From Chloroflexota bacterium (GTDB lineage Bacteria; Chloroflexota; Dehalococcoidia; JACVQG01; JAHKAY01), in assembly GCA_018825785.1 (NCBI GenBank), contig JAHKAY010000020.1, forward strand, positions 2,111 to 66,110: DNA of 64,000 nucleotides, in the 5' to 3' direction. Both the position numbers and the translations under genes were made by a program. A model generated the notes under the pieces. That model was not told the origin of the DNA. It saw only the letters and a list, made by a program, of their open reading frames with translations, and did not search any database. Numbering within the stretch: position 1 is the stretch's first letter; every line of letters starts with the position of its first letter. Below are positions 37,094-48,106 of this stretch, in pieces.

Positions 37094-38332
37094 GTGCTCC
37101 CCCTTCGGATAAAGGATTTAACCCTGGGATATGGCAGCCGGGTGGTCCTCCGCCAGTTAAGCCTGGAGGTGGGCCCGGGCCAGGTCCTGGGGATACTTGG
37201 CCCCAACGGCTCAGGCAAGACTACCCTCCTCACAGCCATCAGCGGGGTGCTCCGCCCCTGGGCCGGAGAGATAGCCCTCAACGGCCAGAGCCTCCACAGG
37301 ATGTCCCGCCTGGCCCTGGCCCGCCTGGTGGCGGTGGTGCCCCAGAACCCCTCCCTCCCCGTGGCCTTTACCGCTCTGGAGATTGCCCTCATGGGCCGCT
37401 ATCCCCACCTGGGCTTCCTGGGCTTTGAGGGGCAGAAGGACCTGGCCCTGGCCTGGGAGGCCCTGGAGAAGACAGGGATGGAGCAGCTAGCCCAGCGGAC
37501 GGTGGGCCAGCTTTCGGGAGGGGAAAGACAGCGACTGGTTATCGCCCGGGCCCTGGCCCAGGAGCCCCAGCTTTTGCTGCTGGATGAGCCCCTGGCCCAT
37601 CTGGACCTCCAGCACCAGCTGGAGACGATAGCCCTGGTGCAGGACCTGGCCCGGCGGGGCCTCAGCAGCCTTGTCGCCATGCATGACCTCACCCAGGCCG
37701 CCCGGTTCTGCAAGCGCCTGGTGCTCTTGAAAGACGGCTCCATCCGGGCCCAGGGCCTGCCAGAAGAGGTGCTCACGCCGGAGAACATAGAGGCAGCCTT
37801 CGGGGTCGAGGCCCTTGTCTATCCCCACCTCCTCGGCGGCCATCCCGTGATTGACCCCATCCCCCGCAGGCCCAGGACCGGACGGCGCATCCATATCATC
37901 GGGGGCGGGGGCAAAGCCGCCAGGGTAATGCAGGCCCTCCATGCCGAGGGCTACCGCTTGAGCATCGGGGTGCTGAACGAAGGGGATACCGACCTGGCGG
38001 CGGCCCGGGCCCTGGGGGTCCCTGCAGTGGCCATCCCTGCCTTCTCCGGCATAGACGGGAAGAGCTACCAGCATAACCTGGAGCTGATTGCTGAGGCCGA
38101 GGTGGTGGTGATGGCCGAGGTGCCCTTCGGCTGGGCCAACCTCCTCAACCTCAAGGCAGCTGCTCAGGCCCGCCGGCTGGTCCTCCTGGATGAGACGCCC
38201 ATCCAGGAGCGGGATTTCACCGGGGGCAGCGCCGCCGCCATCTACCTCAATCTCAAGGCCCAGGCTACTGGCACTAACCCCGATGGGCTTCTCCCTTCGG
38301 TTAAGGGCCTGCTATGCGAGAGGCCGGACTAG
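37094..38332 (+). CDS. btuD: ABC ATPase (BtuD/FepC-like) with ~150-aa C-terminal extension
   Basis: Walker A GPNGSGKT, signature LSGGERQR, Walker B LLLLDEP. Extra domain HIIGGGGKAARVMQAL... Confidence 0.8.
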   Translation: MLPLRIKDLTLGYGSRVVLRQLSLEVGPGQVLGILGPNGSGKTTLLTAISGVLRPWAGEIALNGQSLHRMSRLALARLVAVVPQNPSLPVAFTALEIALMGRYPHLGFLGFEGQKDLALAWEALEKTGMEQLAQRTVGQLSGGERQRLVIARALAQEPQLLLLDEPLAHLDLQHQLETIALVQDLARRGLSSLVAMHDLTQAARFCKRLVLLKDGSIRAQGLPEEVLTPENIEAAFGVEALVYPHLLGGHPVIDPIPRRPRTGRRIHIIGGGGKAARVMQALHAEGYRLSIGVLNEGDTDLAAARALGVPAVAIPAFSGIDGKSYQHNLELIAEAEVVVMAEVPFGWANLLNLKAAAQARRLVLLDETPIQERDFTGGSAAAIYLNLKAQATGTNPDGLLPSVKGLLCERPD

Positions 38333-38403
38333 ATGGGCCTTTCCTCAGCCAAAGGCCAGCCTGTCTCCGAGGCTTATGGGTGGGGGCATTGCCCCCTTTC
38401 GGG

Positions 38404-40728
38404 CTAAGGGGTGAGGGAGACCTGCCAGAGGTTCATCAGCCCCTGGGGGCTGAGGGCAAACCCCTTCACCCGGGAGCTGACCAGGAAATACGCCTTGCCA
38501 AAGTGTAGCGGGATAGCGGCAACGTCTTTCCGCAGGGTCTCCTCCGCCTTCTGGTAAAGCTGGAGCCTTGCCTGGAGGTCCGGCTCTACACGGGCCTTCT
38601 CCAGAAGCTGGTCCACCTCCTCGCTGTGATATCCGCCGTTATTGTTGTAGGAATCGGAATGGAAGAGGATGTCCAGAAAGTTCTCGGGGTCCGGGTAGTC
38701 CGCCACCCACCCAAACTCAAAGATGTTGTCCGGCTGGCTTTGCAGAAGGTTGAAATAGATGCCTGGGTCCACCAGTCTCACCTGCACCGTTATCCCCAGG
38801 TTCTCCCGCCACATCTGGACAAGGGCCCCCACTTCAGGGGGAGGGGCAAGCGGCCCTGGGGCCGTGAAGATGATGGGGGGCAGTTGTCCCGTGCCATAGA
38901 CGGACTCCAGGATACGGCGGGCCTCCGCGGGGTCATAGGGGAGGGGGTTAAGCTGGGAGTTGTAGCCTGGCAGGCCGGGGGGCATGAAGCCCTGGGCCAT
39001 GGCCACCAGGTCCCCGTACACCTCCTTCAGCAGGCGCTGCCGGTCAGTAGCCAGGAGGAAGGCCCGGCGCACCTCAGCGTTGTCAAATGGGGGTCGGGCG
39101 GTATTGAAAGCTACATAGAAAATACTGAGCTGGGCCTTCTCCTGGAGCTCTTTTGCCAGGGGGCTAGCGGAGACCTTTATCTCATCTACCTCCTCTAGGG
39201 AGGGGAAGGCCACATCCACCTCACCGCTCTCATACATCCTGGAGGGGTTTGCCCCCAGGAAGAGGAAGAGCACATAGGCAAGCTGGGGGGGAGACCGGTG
39301 GTATGCCTTATTGGCTTCCAGGGCCATGGCCATCCCTGGTTCCCACCCCTTCACGCGGAAGGGGCCGGTGCCGTTGGGCTGTCTCCACCACTCCAGCCCC
39401 TGTTCCACGTTCTTGCTGTCCACGACATAGGCCACAGGATGGGTCAGCTTGGCCAGGAAATAGGCCTTGGGGGCATCAATCCTCACCCGCAGCGTCCTCT
39501 CCCCCACCACCTCCACCCCGCTGATTTCCCTGGTCCTCTTCTCCACCACCTCTTTCACCCCGACAATATCTCCCAGATAGGTAGGAACGGTAATGGACCC
39601 CATCATGGCCGCCCGCTCCCAGGAATACTTGACATCCGCCGCCGTAACCGGCTTTCCGTCATGGAAACGGGCATCGGGTCGGAGATAAAAGGTATAGACG
39701 GTGCCACCGGCAGAAGGTTCCCATCTCTCCGCCAGGTCGCCTACCACCTCCAGGGACGGGGAGAGGGCCACCAAGCCACCGAAGACCTGGGTGACATACT
39801 GGACAGTATAAGACTCCACAGCTTGGGCGGGGTCCAGGGCAAAGGGCTCCGGGTAGTAGATAGTGAGGGCTTCCCGGGGGGAGATACCAAAGGGGCGGGC
39901 CTCCTCCAACCGAAGCTGCCTCAGGATGGCCATGTATTCCTGGGCCCTTTCCTCAAAGGTGGCAAGAGGGGCCATAAGAAGAGTGGTAAGGAGCTGAGTG
40001 CCCCGCGGGGCCAGCAGCACCAGCCACCGCTGTTCCCCCTCCCCACGGCCAACGGCGATGACTAACTCATAGGCTGAGCCCCCGGTTATTTCCAGTTCCC
40101 TTTCGGAGAGCAACCTGGCACCGGGGACGCTCAGGCCCTGGGCTATAACCAGCTCACCCGCCTTGGCGGGGGAAAGCACCTCGTTCGTGTACTCCACATA
40201 GACGGTCAGACCAGTGGAGGTCTCGCCCAGGGGACCTACAGCGACCACGGGGGCCAGGATACCTGTCTCATTGACCACCCAGCCGACGGGATAGGCCAGG
40301 CTGAAACCAAGAAAGCTGTTCTCATAGCGGGCGAGGGGGAAAGGGACAGGCGTGGGGGTCAGAGCGGGAGTAGCGGTCGGCGTGGGCGTTGGGGTCGGAG
40401 TAGGCCGAGGGGTAGGGGTGGGGGTAGCCACCAGTGTCGGGATGGGAGTAGGGGTTGGGGTAGCCACCAGTGTCGGGATGGGAGTAGGGGTTGGAGCAGG
40501 AGTTGGAGTAGGGGTTGGAGCAGGAGTTGGGGTAGGGGTTGGAGCAGGAGTAGGAGTGGGGGCGGGGGCAGGAGTGACCACAGGCGTGGGGGTTGGCGTA
40601 GGGGCCGGGGTCGGAGGGGGGGCCGAGCGGAAAACAAAAAAGAGGCCAGCGGCAACAAGCCCAACGAGAACAAGTATCCAGATGGCTCTCTTCACCAGCC
40701 CCTCCAAACGGAAATTATACTTTGACAA
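38404..40728 (-). CDS. ABC substrate-binding protein, family 5 (peptide/nickel), with N-terminal TM anchor and PT-rich linker
   Basis: Long PTPTPAPTP linker with a tandem 42-nt repeat, then an SBP_bac_5-like body. Start uncertain: TTG 40728 or GTG about 40695. Confidence 0.65.
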   Translation of the reverse strand: MSKYNFRLEGLVKRAIWILVLVGLVAAGLFFVFRSAPPPTPAPTPTPTPVVTPAPAPTPTPAPTPTPTPAPTPTPTPAPTPTPIPTLVATPTPTPIPTLVATPTPTPRPTPTPTPTPTATPALTPTPVPFPLARYENSFLGFSLAYPVGWVVNETGILAPVVAVGPLGETSTGLTVYVEYTNEVLSPAKAGELVIAQGLSVPGARLLSERELEITGGSAYELVIAVGRGEGEQRWLVLLAPRGTQLLTTLLMAPLATFEERAQEYMAILRQLRLEEARPFGISPREALTIYYPEPFALDPAQAVESYTVQYVTQVFGGLVALSPSLEVVGDLAERWEPSAGGTVYTFYLRPDARFHDGKPVTAADVKYSWERAAMMGSITVPTYLGDIVGVKEVVEKRTREISGVEVVGERTLRVRIDAPKAYFLAKLTHPVAYVVDSKNVEQGLEWWRQPNGTGPFRVKGWEPGMAMALEANKAYHRSPPQLAYVLFLFLGANPSRMYESGEVDVAFPSLEEVDEIKVSASPLAKELQEKAQLSIFYVAFNTARPPFDNAEVRRAFLLATDRQRLLKEVYGDLVAMAQGFMPPGLPGYNSQLNPLPYDPAEARRILESVYGTGQLPPIIFTAPGPLAPPPEVGALVQMWRENLGITVQVRLVDPGIYFNLLQSQPDNIFEFGWVADYPDPENFLDILFHSDSYNNNGGYHSEEVDQLLEKARVEPDLQARLQLYQKAEETLRKDVAAIPLHFGKAYFLVSSRVKGFALSPQGLMNLWQVSLTP

Positions 40729-40750
40729 TTGTAGGCTCTCACTCTATAAT
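40722..40750 (+). promoter_or_regulatory. Consensus sigma70 promoter TTGACA-17-TATAAT
   Basis: TTGACA 40722-40727 and TATAAT 40745-40750, 32 nt upstream of the BNR gene start. Overlaps the annotated 5' end of the divergent SBP gene. Confidence 0.55.
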
Positions 40751-40781
40751 GTGTCAACATTAACTCTAGGGGGGAAGGGCG

Positions 40782-43049
40782 ATGAGACTAAGAGCAAGAC
40801 GATTGCTGGCTATTTTGGCGGCGTTTTCAGTCCTGCTGGTGATGGTCCCCTTCGCCCAGGCCGAGACAGGCTCCCCCAAGAAGCTGGAGCCGCTGGTCCT
40901 TCTCCCGCCCCAGCCACAGGCCATTTCCGGAAGGGCCGGGATGGTCTTTTCCGGTCAGGACCCGCTCCTGCGCCCGGTGCCACCCGGACTGCCGGGAAGG
41001 GAAGCGGAAGAGAAACTGGAAGGCCCGGGCTTGGGAGGGGGAGGGGTCCTGCTTCAGGCCCCCGGGGCGGCGGCCACCGCCCTCATACCCTATCGGGACC
41101 CCTCGGCCAAGTTCAGCCGCAACATCCTGGTCAGCCGGGACAAGGGACGCGCACCCATCCAGACCGAACCCCATCTGGCTGTTGACCCGAAGGACCCCAA
41201 CCACATCGTGATGGCCACGATAGACTACAACTTCCAGGGGATAGCCACCTATAACAGCATTGATGGTGGGGCAACCTGGGAGGGACCCTTCATAGCCAAG
41301 GTATCTCGACAGGCATTGGCCGGGGCAGGAGACCCCGTGCTGGCCTTTGACCGGAAGGCCAATATCTACGCAGCCCAACTCTCCGTTGACTTCATAACCC
41401 TCTGGCTGGATGGGCTCCAGGTCTTCGTGGGTGTCCTCAATGTGGATGTGAGCCATTCAGAAGACAGCGGCTACACCTGGAAAGACACCCTCACTGCAGC
41501 CCCGGCGTATGCTACCGTTCAGAACTCTACCGACGCGACAGGCCGGCCGCGGGCGGATATAGAGGTGGGGCTTGTTGATAAGCCCTGGATGACGGTAGGC
41601 CCCAACCCCAAAGACCCCAGCAAGGACATTATTTACCTCACCTACACGAAGTTTACCGACCAGTGGGTGCTCGCCTGGTCGGATGAGGTCCCCTTCATAA
41701 TGATCGCCTCTGAGACAACCTCTATAGAGATGGTCCGGTCGGAGGACGGGGGCCTGACCTGGAGCAAGCCGGTGCGGGTAAGTCCTGCCGTCTTCAACGT
41801 GGGCCAGCAAACGCGGCGGGTAGTCCAGGGGTCCCAGCCGGTGGCAGGCCCCGACGGCACCCTCTATGTGGCCTGGTTTGATAGCACTGAGGACGATATG
41901 AACGAGGGCCGGGGGGAGATATGGGCGGCTGCTTCTTATGACGGGGGGGCTTCCTTCCAGACGCCCCGTCTGGCGGCCACCTTCGTTGAAGGCCCCTATC
42001 TGCCCCGTTCCGCCTCATTCCGCGTCTGGGGCACCTGCTTCCCCCAGATAGCAGTCGGCCCCCAGGGCGAAATCTACATCGCCTACACTGCTCCCCCTCC
42101 CGATAACCCTGATGACGTGGGGGACGTGTTCCTTGTCCGCTCTCTGGACAAAGGCAGGACCTGGGAGCGGTCGGTAAGGGTGAACGATGACGCTAGCCGC
42201 CGCTTCCAGTTCTTCCCCTCGGTGACCGTGGACCCTAACGGGGTTCTCCACATGATGTGGGGGGACATGAGGAACGACCCCTCCGAGCTTTCCTATCATA
42301 TTTACTACTCCACCTCCAAGGATGCGGGGAGGACCTGGGAACTGAACAGCCGCGTCAGCGACTTCCCTTCCAATCCCAACTTCGCCTTCCCCGGGGGCGG
42401 GTTTATCGGGGACTATTTTTCCATCAAGGCGACCAAGGATGATGTTTACATGGTCTGGGCCGATAGCCGCCTTGGGGAAATGGGCGGAATAAACCAGAAG
42501 ATTGCCTTCGCCCGGAAGAAGCTCATGCCCGCCCCCTCCATCTTCCTCTCCCCCCCCTCCGGGCCCAGCGGCCGGGATGTCATTGTCCAGGGCAACAATT
42601 ACCAGCCGGACACGGAGATATATGTGGTGCTGGGTGGTGTTGTTATCTCTGCAGGGCGGGCCCGGGATGACGGGACCTTCTCCATCCCCCTCTTCATCCC
42701 AATTGCCGGGGAGGGGGCGGCTCCGATGAGCGTGATGGATACCTCCGGCAATATGGCTACCACTTCTTTCTTCACGGAGTTTGGTTTTGACAGCTTCCAG
42801 AAGGTCGTGACCAGCCTTCAGGACAGGGTCACCGAGATAGCCGCAATAGTCCAGAAGACGCCCGCCCCACAGCCTACCGCCGCCCCTGCGGCAGCCACCC
42901 CCACCCCAGCCCCTGCTGCCACCGCCCCGGCGACCCCTGCGCCAGCGGCAAGCCAGGGCTCCTCCTGGCCGCTGGTGGTGGCGCTGGTAGTGGCGGCATT
43001 GGCACTGCTGGTGGCCCTCCTGGCTCTCTCCCGAAGGGGGGCACGATGA
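40782..43049 (+). CDS. BNR/Asp-box repeat (sialidase-like beta-propeller) protein with C-terminal PT linker and TM anchor
   Basis: Five S-x-D-x-G-x-T-W boxes: [40 protein letters not shown]. Signal peptide present. C-terminal hydrophobic anchor. Confidence 0.7.
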   Translation: MRLRARRLLAILAAFSVLLVMVPFAQAETGSPKKLEPLVLLPPQPQAISGRAGMVFSGQDPLLRPVPPGLPGREAEEKLEGPGLGGGGVLLQAPGAAATALIPYRDPSAKFSRNILVSRDKGRAPIQTEPHLAVDPKDPNHIVMATIDYNFQGIATYNSIDGGATWEGPFIAKVSRQALAGAGDPVLAFDRKANIYAAQLSVDFITLWLDGLQVFVGVLNVDVSHSEDSGYTWKDTLTAAPAYATVQNSTDATGRPRADIEVGLVDKPWMTVGPNPKDPSKDIIYLTYTKFTDQWVLAWSDEVPFIMIASETTSIEMVRSEDGGLTWSKPVRVSPAVFNVGQQTRRVVQGSQPVAGPDGTLYVAWFDSTEDDMNEGRGEIWAAASYDGGASFQTPRLAATFVEGPYLPRSASFRVWGTCFPQIAVGPQGEIYIAYTAPPPDNPDDVGDVFLVRSLDKGRTWERSVRVNDDASRRFQFFPSVTVDPNGVLHMMWGDMRNDPSELSYHIYYSTSKDAGRTWELNSRVSDFPSNPNFAFPGGGFIGDYFSIKATKDDVYMVWADSRLGEMGGINQKIAFARKKLMPAPSIFLSPPSGPSGRDVIVQGNNYQPDTEIYVVLGGVVISAGRARDDGTFSIPLFIPIAGEGAAPMSVMDTSGNMATTSFFTEFGFDSFQKVVTSLQDRVTEIAAIVQKTPAPQPTAAPAAATPTPAPAATAPATPAPAASQGSSWPLVVALVVAALALLVALLALSRRGAR

Positions 43050-45616
43050 AGAAGCTTTGTCTTTTGGCCCTGGCCTGGCTTTTGCTCATCCCCGGGGCGG
43101 TCTCCGCCCAGGTGGCCTATGTCCCTCCTCACCAGAAGCCCGGCCCTGCCGCCGAGCGGCTCCAGTTTAAGGCCTTCGATGTGGATATTGCCGCAGCCAG
43201 CCTGCGCCGGGGGGACATGGACCTGTATCTCTACAGCCTCAAAAAGGAGGCCGCGGCCACCCTGAAGGGGGTACAGGGGGTAAAGGTCTATGAGGCCCCC
43301 GCCACCACCATCTCCCTTATCCTCAACCCCGCCCCCGCCGCCGAGGGGCAATTGAACCCCTTCTCCATCCGGGAGGTCCGCTATGCGATGAACTACCTGG
43401 TCAACCGCGCCTTTGTCTCCCAGGAGATATACAAGGGGCTGGCCCAGCCCATGGTCACCTATGTAAGCCCCACGGATTACGATTACCTTACCGTCTCCGA
43501 CCTGGTCCGGGAATTTGACCTGGGCTATGATGCGGAGCGGGGCAGAGCGATGATGGCCGACGCCCTCAAGAAAGCCGGGGCCACCTTGAAGGATGGGCGC
43601 TGGAATTACCGGGACAAGCCCATTCAGGTCAAGTTCATCATCCGGACAGAGGACGAGCGCCGGGAGGTGGGTGACCTGGTCAGGGTGGAGCTGGAAAAGG
43701 CTGGGTTCTCCGTTGCCACCAGCTACCAGCAGTTCGCCCCCGCCATCCTCACCGTCTATGGCACCGACCCCCAGCTCTTCCAGTGGCACCTCTATACCGA
43801 GGGCTGGGGCAAGGGGGCTGCCGAGCGCTATGACTACGCCAACGCCAACTCTATGGCCGCCCCCTGGCTCGGCAATATGCCCGGCTGGCAGGAGGTTGGC
43901 TTCTGGCAGTACGAGAACCCCACCCTGGACCAGCTGGGCCAGCGCCTCTTCCGAGGAGACTTCGCCAACCAGCAGGAGAGGGACGACCTCTACCGCCAGA
44001 TTGCCCGCCTCAGCACGGAGGAGTCGGTCCGCGTCTGGCTGGCTACTGTAGTCAACAGCACCCCCAGCCGGGAGGAGGTGAGGGGGATTACCGAGGATGT
44101 GGCCTCCGGCCCCAGGTCCCTGTGGACCCTGAGAGAGGCCTATGTCCCCGGGAAGGACACCCTGACCATAGGCAACCTGTGGGTAGACTCGGGGCGCAGC
44201 ATCTGGAACCCCATAGGCGGCTTCGGGGATGTCTATAGCGTTGACATCTGGAAGAACATCTTTGACCCCCCCCTGGCCACCCATCCCTTCAAGGGGACCC
44301 CCCTCCCCTACCGGGCCACCTTCCAGGTAAAGACCTCAGGGCCGCAAGGAAAACTAGACGTGCCCTCCGATGCCTTCCTCTGGGATGCCAAGGCCAAAGC
44401 CTTCAGCCCGGTAGGAGCGGGGCGGCAGGCCATAAGCGTGGTCACCTTTGATTACTCCCTCTACCTGGGCTCCAACTGGCACCACGGTCAGCCCATCACT
44501 GCCGCCGATATCCTCTACAACCTCTATCAGACCTTTGACCTTGTCTACGACGAGAACAAGGCCCGCATTGAGCCCGCCCTGGCCCTTACCAGCAAGCCCT
44601 ATCTGGACACCTTCCGGGGCTTCCGCCTTGACGGGAACAAGCTGGAAGTCTATGTTGACAACTGGCACTTTGACACCAGCTATATTGCCTCCTATGCCAG
44701 CGTGGTGGGGCTGACCATGCCCTGGGAAATCCTGGCGGCCACGGACAGGCTGGTCTTTGAGGACCGGCGGGCCGCCTACTCCGATACCGCCGCCGAGCGC
44801 CTGGGGGTCCCCTGGCTCAACCTGGTGAAGAGAGACGCCCTCCAAGTAAGGCGAGTCCTGCTGGACTTCCAGGAGAAGGCCTTTGTGCCTCAGAGCGTCT
44901 TCCAGGTAGGGGGAAAGACCTTCCTCACCCGGGAAGAGGCCCTGGCCCGCTACAATGCTGCCGTCCAGTGGATAGACACCTACCAGATGGCCGTCATCAG
45001 CAACGGCCCTTTCAAAATGGTCCGTTTTGACCCTGCGGCCCAGTTCGCCGAGCTGCAGGCTTTCCGGGACCCCACCTACCCCTTCAAGCCCGGGGACGGT
45101 TATTACGGCTCCATCCCCCGGGTAGCCATCGCCAAAGTGGATGTGAAACCAATAGCGCCCGGGGCCAAAGCCGAAGTGCTGGTAAGCCTGGAGGGGCCCA
45201 CACCCCTATCCCTGCGCTATTCCCTCTATGACCCGGTGGGCCGGAAGAACCTCCTCTCCGGGGAGGCAGAGAAGAGAGGGGCTAAGGATTTTGCCATCAC
45301 CCTGGGCCCGGAGCAGACTTCCTCGCTGAAAGTCGGCCTCTACCAGCTTTTCCTGCTGGCCTCCAGCTCCGAGGTAGCCGCCCCAACTGAAGAGAGGGTG
45401 GAGTTGGAAGTGGCTATCCCCAGACAGGCCACCCCCACACCGGGCGCGACGCCCACCGCAACGCCGGGGCTGACCCCCACCGGGACCCCCGGGCTGACGC
45501 CTACCCCGCCACCTTCCGGGGCACCCAGCCGGATACCCTGGCCCTGGCTTATCGCTATTGGGGCGCTGGTAGTCGTGGTGGCCCTGCTCCTTATCCGGCG
45601 GAGAAAGCCTTCCTGA
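43046..45616 (+). CDS. ABC substrate-binding protein, family 5, with C-terminal TM anchor
   Basis: Signal peptide, large SBP body, C-terminal TPTPGATPT linker and TM helix. Precedes the permease and ATPase genes. Confidence 0.7.
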   Translation: MKKLCLLALAWLLLIPGAVSAQVAYVPPHQKPGPAAERLQFKAFDVDIAAASLRRGDMDLYLYSLKKEAAATLKGVQGVKVYEAPATTISLILNPAPAAEGQLNPFSIREVRYAMNYLVNRAFVSQEIYKGLAQPMVTYVSPTDYDYLTVSDLVREFDLGYDAERGRAMMADALKKAGATLKDGRWNYRDKPIQVKFIIRTEDERREVGDLVRVELEKAGFSVATSYQQFAPAILTVYGTDPQLFQWHLYTEGWGKGAAERYDYANANSMAAPWLGNMPGWQEVGFWQYENPTLDQLGQRLFRGDFANQQERDDLYRQIARLSTEESVRVWLATVVNSTPSREEVRGITEDVASGPRSLWTLREAYVPGKDTLTIGNLWVDSGRSIWNPIGGFGDVYSVDIWKNIFDPPLATHPFKGTPLPYRATFQVKTSGPQGKLDVPSDAFLWDAKAKAFSPVGAGRQAISVVTFDYSLYLGSNWHHGQPITAADILYNLYQTFDLVYDENKARIEPALALTSKPYLDTFRGFRLDGNKLEVYVDNWHFDTSYIASYASVVGLTMPWEILAATDRLVFEDRRAAYSDTAAERLGVPWLNLVKRDALQVRRVLLDFQEKAFVPQSVFQVGGKTFLTREEALARYNAAVQWIDTYQMAVISNGPFKMVRFDPAAQFAELQAFRDPTYPFKPGDGYYGSIPRVAIAKVDVKPIAPGAKAEVLVSLEGPTPLSLRYSLYDPVGRKNLLSGEAEKRGAKDFAITLGPEQTSSLKVGLYQLFLLASSSEVAAPTEERVELEVAIPRQATPTPGATPTATPGLTPTGTPGLTPTPPPSGAPSRIPWPWLIAIGALVVVVALLLIRRRKPS

Positions 45617-45641
45617 GGTAGCCTCCGGGGCTAACTAAGGT

Positions 45642-46685
45642 ATGCTCCTCACCCTGGCAGCTCGGGCGGCCACCCTCCTGGGGGTGCTGGTGGTGGTCCT
45701 GCTGTTGGTGGTGGTCACCCTGGGGGCCACCGGCTTTTCCGACAGTATCCTCCAGGCAGTGATCCGGGAGGAGATGAAGGGCATCAGGGAGTCCCTGGCC
45801 CGGACCATCCGGGACCCGGTTCAACTTGAGACAGCGCTGGAGGGGCGGCGGGAAGAGCTTGTCGGCTTCTACGGGCTGGACCGCCCCTGGTATTACCGCC
45901 TCCCCAGCACCGCCTGGCGGGTGGTGAGCCTGGACCTGGGTGAAGCCCGCACCCTGCGCAGCTTCGCCGGTAGCGCCCGGGTGGCTGATATCGTCAGGGA
46001 ACGCCTCCCCCTTACCCTGGCGCTGGTCACTACCGCTACGGTTATTACTGCCCTCCTGGGGCTCTTCATCGGCGTAAGCCTAGCCACCCGGGTTACCAGC
46101 CGGGTGGACCGCCTTCTTTCCTATCTTTCCGCGGTCTCTCACGCTCTACCCAGCTGGTGGCTGGGCATCTTGCTCATCCTGCTCTTCGCCTTCAAATTCC
46201 GGTTCTTCCCCTCCGGGGGACTTTACAGCCTGCCCCCCCCTGAAGAGAGGTGGGCCAGGCTCCTTGACCTGGCCTGGCATGCCACCCTGCCAGTACTGAC
46301 CCTGGTGCTGGTGTCGCTGGGGTCCTGGGTCTACACCGTGCGCACCATGGTGCTCAATACAGCCCAGGAGTTCTTTGTCACTGTGGCCCGTGCCAAGGGC
46401 CTGCCCGAGAGCGCAGTCCAGCGCCGTTACATCCTGCGGGTGGCCGCCCCCCCTATCCTCACCAATCTTATCCTAGGGCTGGCCGGTTCCCTGGGCGGGG
46501 CCATCCTCACCGAGACCATCTTCAACTGGCCCGGGATGGGCCGTCTCTACTACGATGCCGTCATGGCCGCCGACGAAGGGGTCATCATCGCCCTCACCTT
46601 CATCTTCGCCCTTATCTATGTGGCGGCCCGCTTCCTACTTGAGGTCCTCTACATAGCCCTGGACCCCAGGGTGAGGTACAGCTAA
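45642..46685 (+). CDS. ABC permease (DppB/OppB-like)
   Basis: 6-TM BPD_transp_1-like ORF. Confidence 0.8.
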   Translation: MLLTLAARAATLLGVLVVVLLLVVVTLGATGFSDSILQAVIREEMKGIRESLARTIRDPVQLETALEGRREELVGFYGLDRPWYYRLPSTAWRVVSLDLGEARTLRSFAGSARVADIVRERLPLTLALVTTATVITALLGLFIGVSLATRVTSRVDRLLSYLSAVSHALPSWWLGILLILLFAFKFRFFPSGGLYSLPPPEERWARLLDLAWHATLPVLTLVLVSLGSWVYTVRTMVLNTAQEFFVTVARAKGLPESAVQRRYILRVAAPPILTNLILGLAGSLGGAILTETIFNWPGMGRLYYDAVMAADEGVIIALTFIFALIYVAARFLLEVLYIALDPRVRYS

Positions 46686-46687
46686 CC

Positions 46688-48106
46688 ATGCCCAGGGAAA
46701 TCTGGAAGGTTCTCCTCAGCAGTGGCTCGGGGAGGGTGGGCCTGGCCTTCTTCCTGGCCCTGGTAGCCATTTCCCTCTATGTGGTGGCAACCTATCCCCA
46801 CGACTTCGGCCTCTCCCGCTGGAACAACCCCGCCTACTGGGCCGATAATCCCAAGAGTGCCCCGCCCCGCTGGGTCAATCTCCTGGGGACAGACACAACT
46901 CCCCATCGGGTCTGGGAAAGGGCCCGCCCCGATTCTGTAACCCCCGCCGGGGAAAGGGAAGCCCGCTTCTACACCTTCCCCTTCTCCCTGGGCCCCCAGG
47001 AAGTGCCCACCTTCCTCTCCCTCTCCCTCGGCGATGTCCTCTACTACACGGACCCGCCCCTCCTCTCCCTCCGGCTCGGCCGGCCCGATGGCAAAGAGGT
47101 GGGCCTGTTCTCCTATTCCCTCCCCGGGCCCAGGCCGGGGGAGGTCTCCCCCATGGCCCGGTTCCAGGATACACCCAACCGCCTCCTCCTCTCCCGGGAT
47201 GAGGGCCTCCTCCGGTCCACCTCCCGCTTCCTCTCGCAGGAGTTTGGCCTCCAGGTGGGCCCGCCCGAGCTCCTGGGGAAGGTTGAGGGGGTGCTCTTCG
47301 GCATCCCCCAGGGGGAGGGCTTCCGTCCCCTTCAGGGAAACTACACCATCACCGTCCAGGTCCTGACACCAGACCCCAGGGACCAGGTAGGCCAGGTGAA
47401 GCTGGTGGTGGGGGGCTCCAGCTTTGGTGCTATGGGCACCGATGCCGTGGGGCGGGACATAGCCTCGGGGCTCCTGTTCGGCTTCCCGGTAAGCCTCATC
47501 ATCGGCCTCTCCACAGCCCTCCTGGTCACCGCCATCGGGGCCTTCCTGGGGATGCTGAGCGGTTTCAGCGGGGGCCGGGTGGACACCCTCATCCAGCGCT
47601 CCTGCGATATTCTGGTGAACATCCCACTCCTCCCCATCCTCATCTTTCTCATCTTCATCCTGGGGCAGAAGCTGTGGCTGGTGCTGGTCATCCTGGTGGC
47701 CTTCGGCTGGCCCGGACTGACCATTGTCACCAGGTCCATGGTCCTCCAGCTCCGCTCCGGGCAACTGGTAGAGGCCACCCAGTCCCTGGGGGCCTCCCGG
47801 TGGCGGATTATGTTCCGTCATCTCTTCTTCCAGGTGGCCCCCTTCATCCTGGCCCAGCTCATCTTCATAACCCCATCCGCTATCCTGGCCGAGGCGGGGC
47901 TCAGCTTTCTGGGGCTGGGGGACCCCTCCATCCCTACCTGGGGACAGATTCTGGAGCAGGGCTTCCGCACCGGTGCGGTGTATGTAGGCTACTGGTGGTG
48001 GGTCCTGCCCCCCGGGCTCCTTATCGTCCTCACCGCCATGACCTTTATGCTCCTGGTCCTCGGCCTGGAACCCGTGGTCAACCCCCGGTTGAGGAGCCGG
48101 TTCTAG
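46688..48106 (+). CDS. ABC permease (DppC/OppC-like) with long N-terminal extracytoplasmic domain
   Basis: About 200-aa N-terminal domain, then a permease core. Confidence 0.8.
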   Translation: MPREIWKVLLSSGSGRVGLAFFLALVAISLYVVATYPHDFGLSRWNNPAYWADNPKSAPPRWVNLLGTDTTPHRVWERARPDSVTPAGEREARFYTFPFSLGPQEVPTFLSLSLGDVLYYTDPPLLSLRLGRPDGKEVGLFSYSLPGPRPGEVSPMARFQDTPNRLLLSRDEGLLRSTSRFLSQEFGLQVGPPELLGKVEGVLFGIPQGEGFRPLQGNYTITVQVLTPDPRDQVGQVKLVVGGSSFGAMGTDAVGRDIASGLLFGFPVSLIIGLSTALLVTAIGAFLGMLSGFSGGRVDTLIQRSCDILVNIPLLPILIFLIFILGQKLWLVLVILVAFGWPGLTIVTRSMVLQLRSGQLVEATQSLGASRWRIMFRHLFFQVAPFILAQLIFITPSAILAEAGLSFLGLGDPSIPTWGQILEQGFRTGAVYVGYWWWVLPPGLLIVLTAMTFMLLVLGLEPVVNPRLRSRF

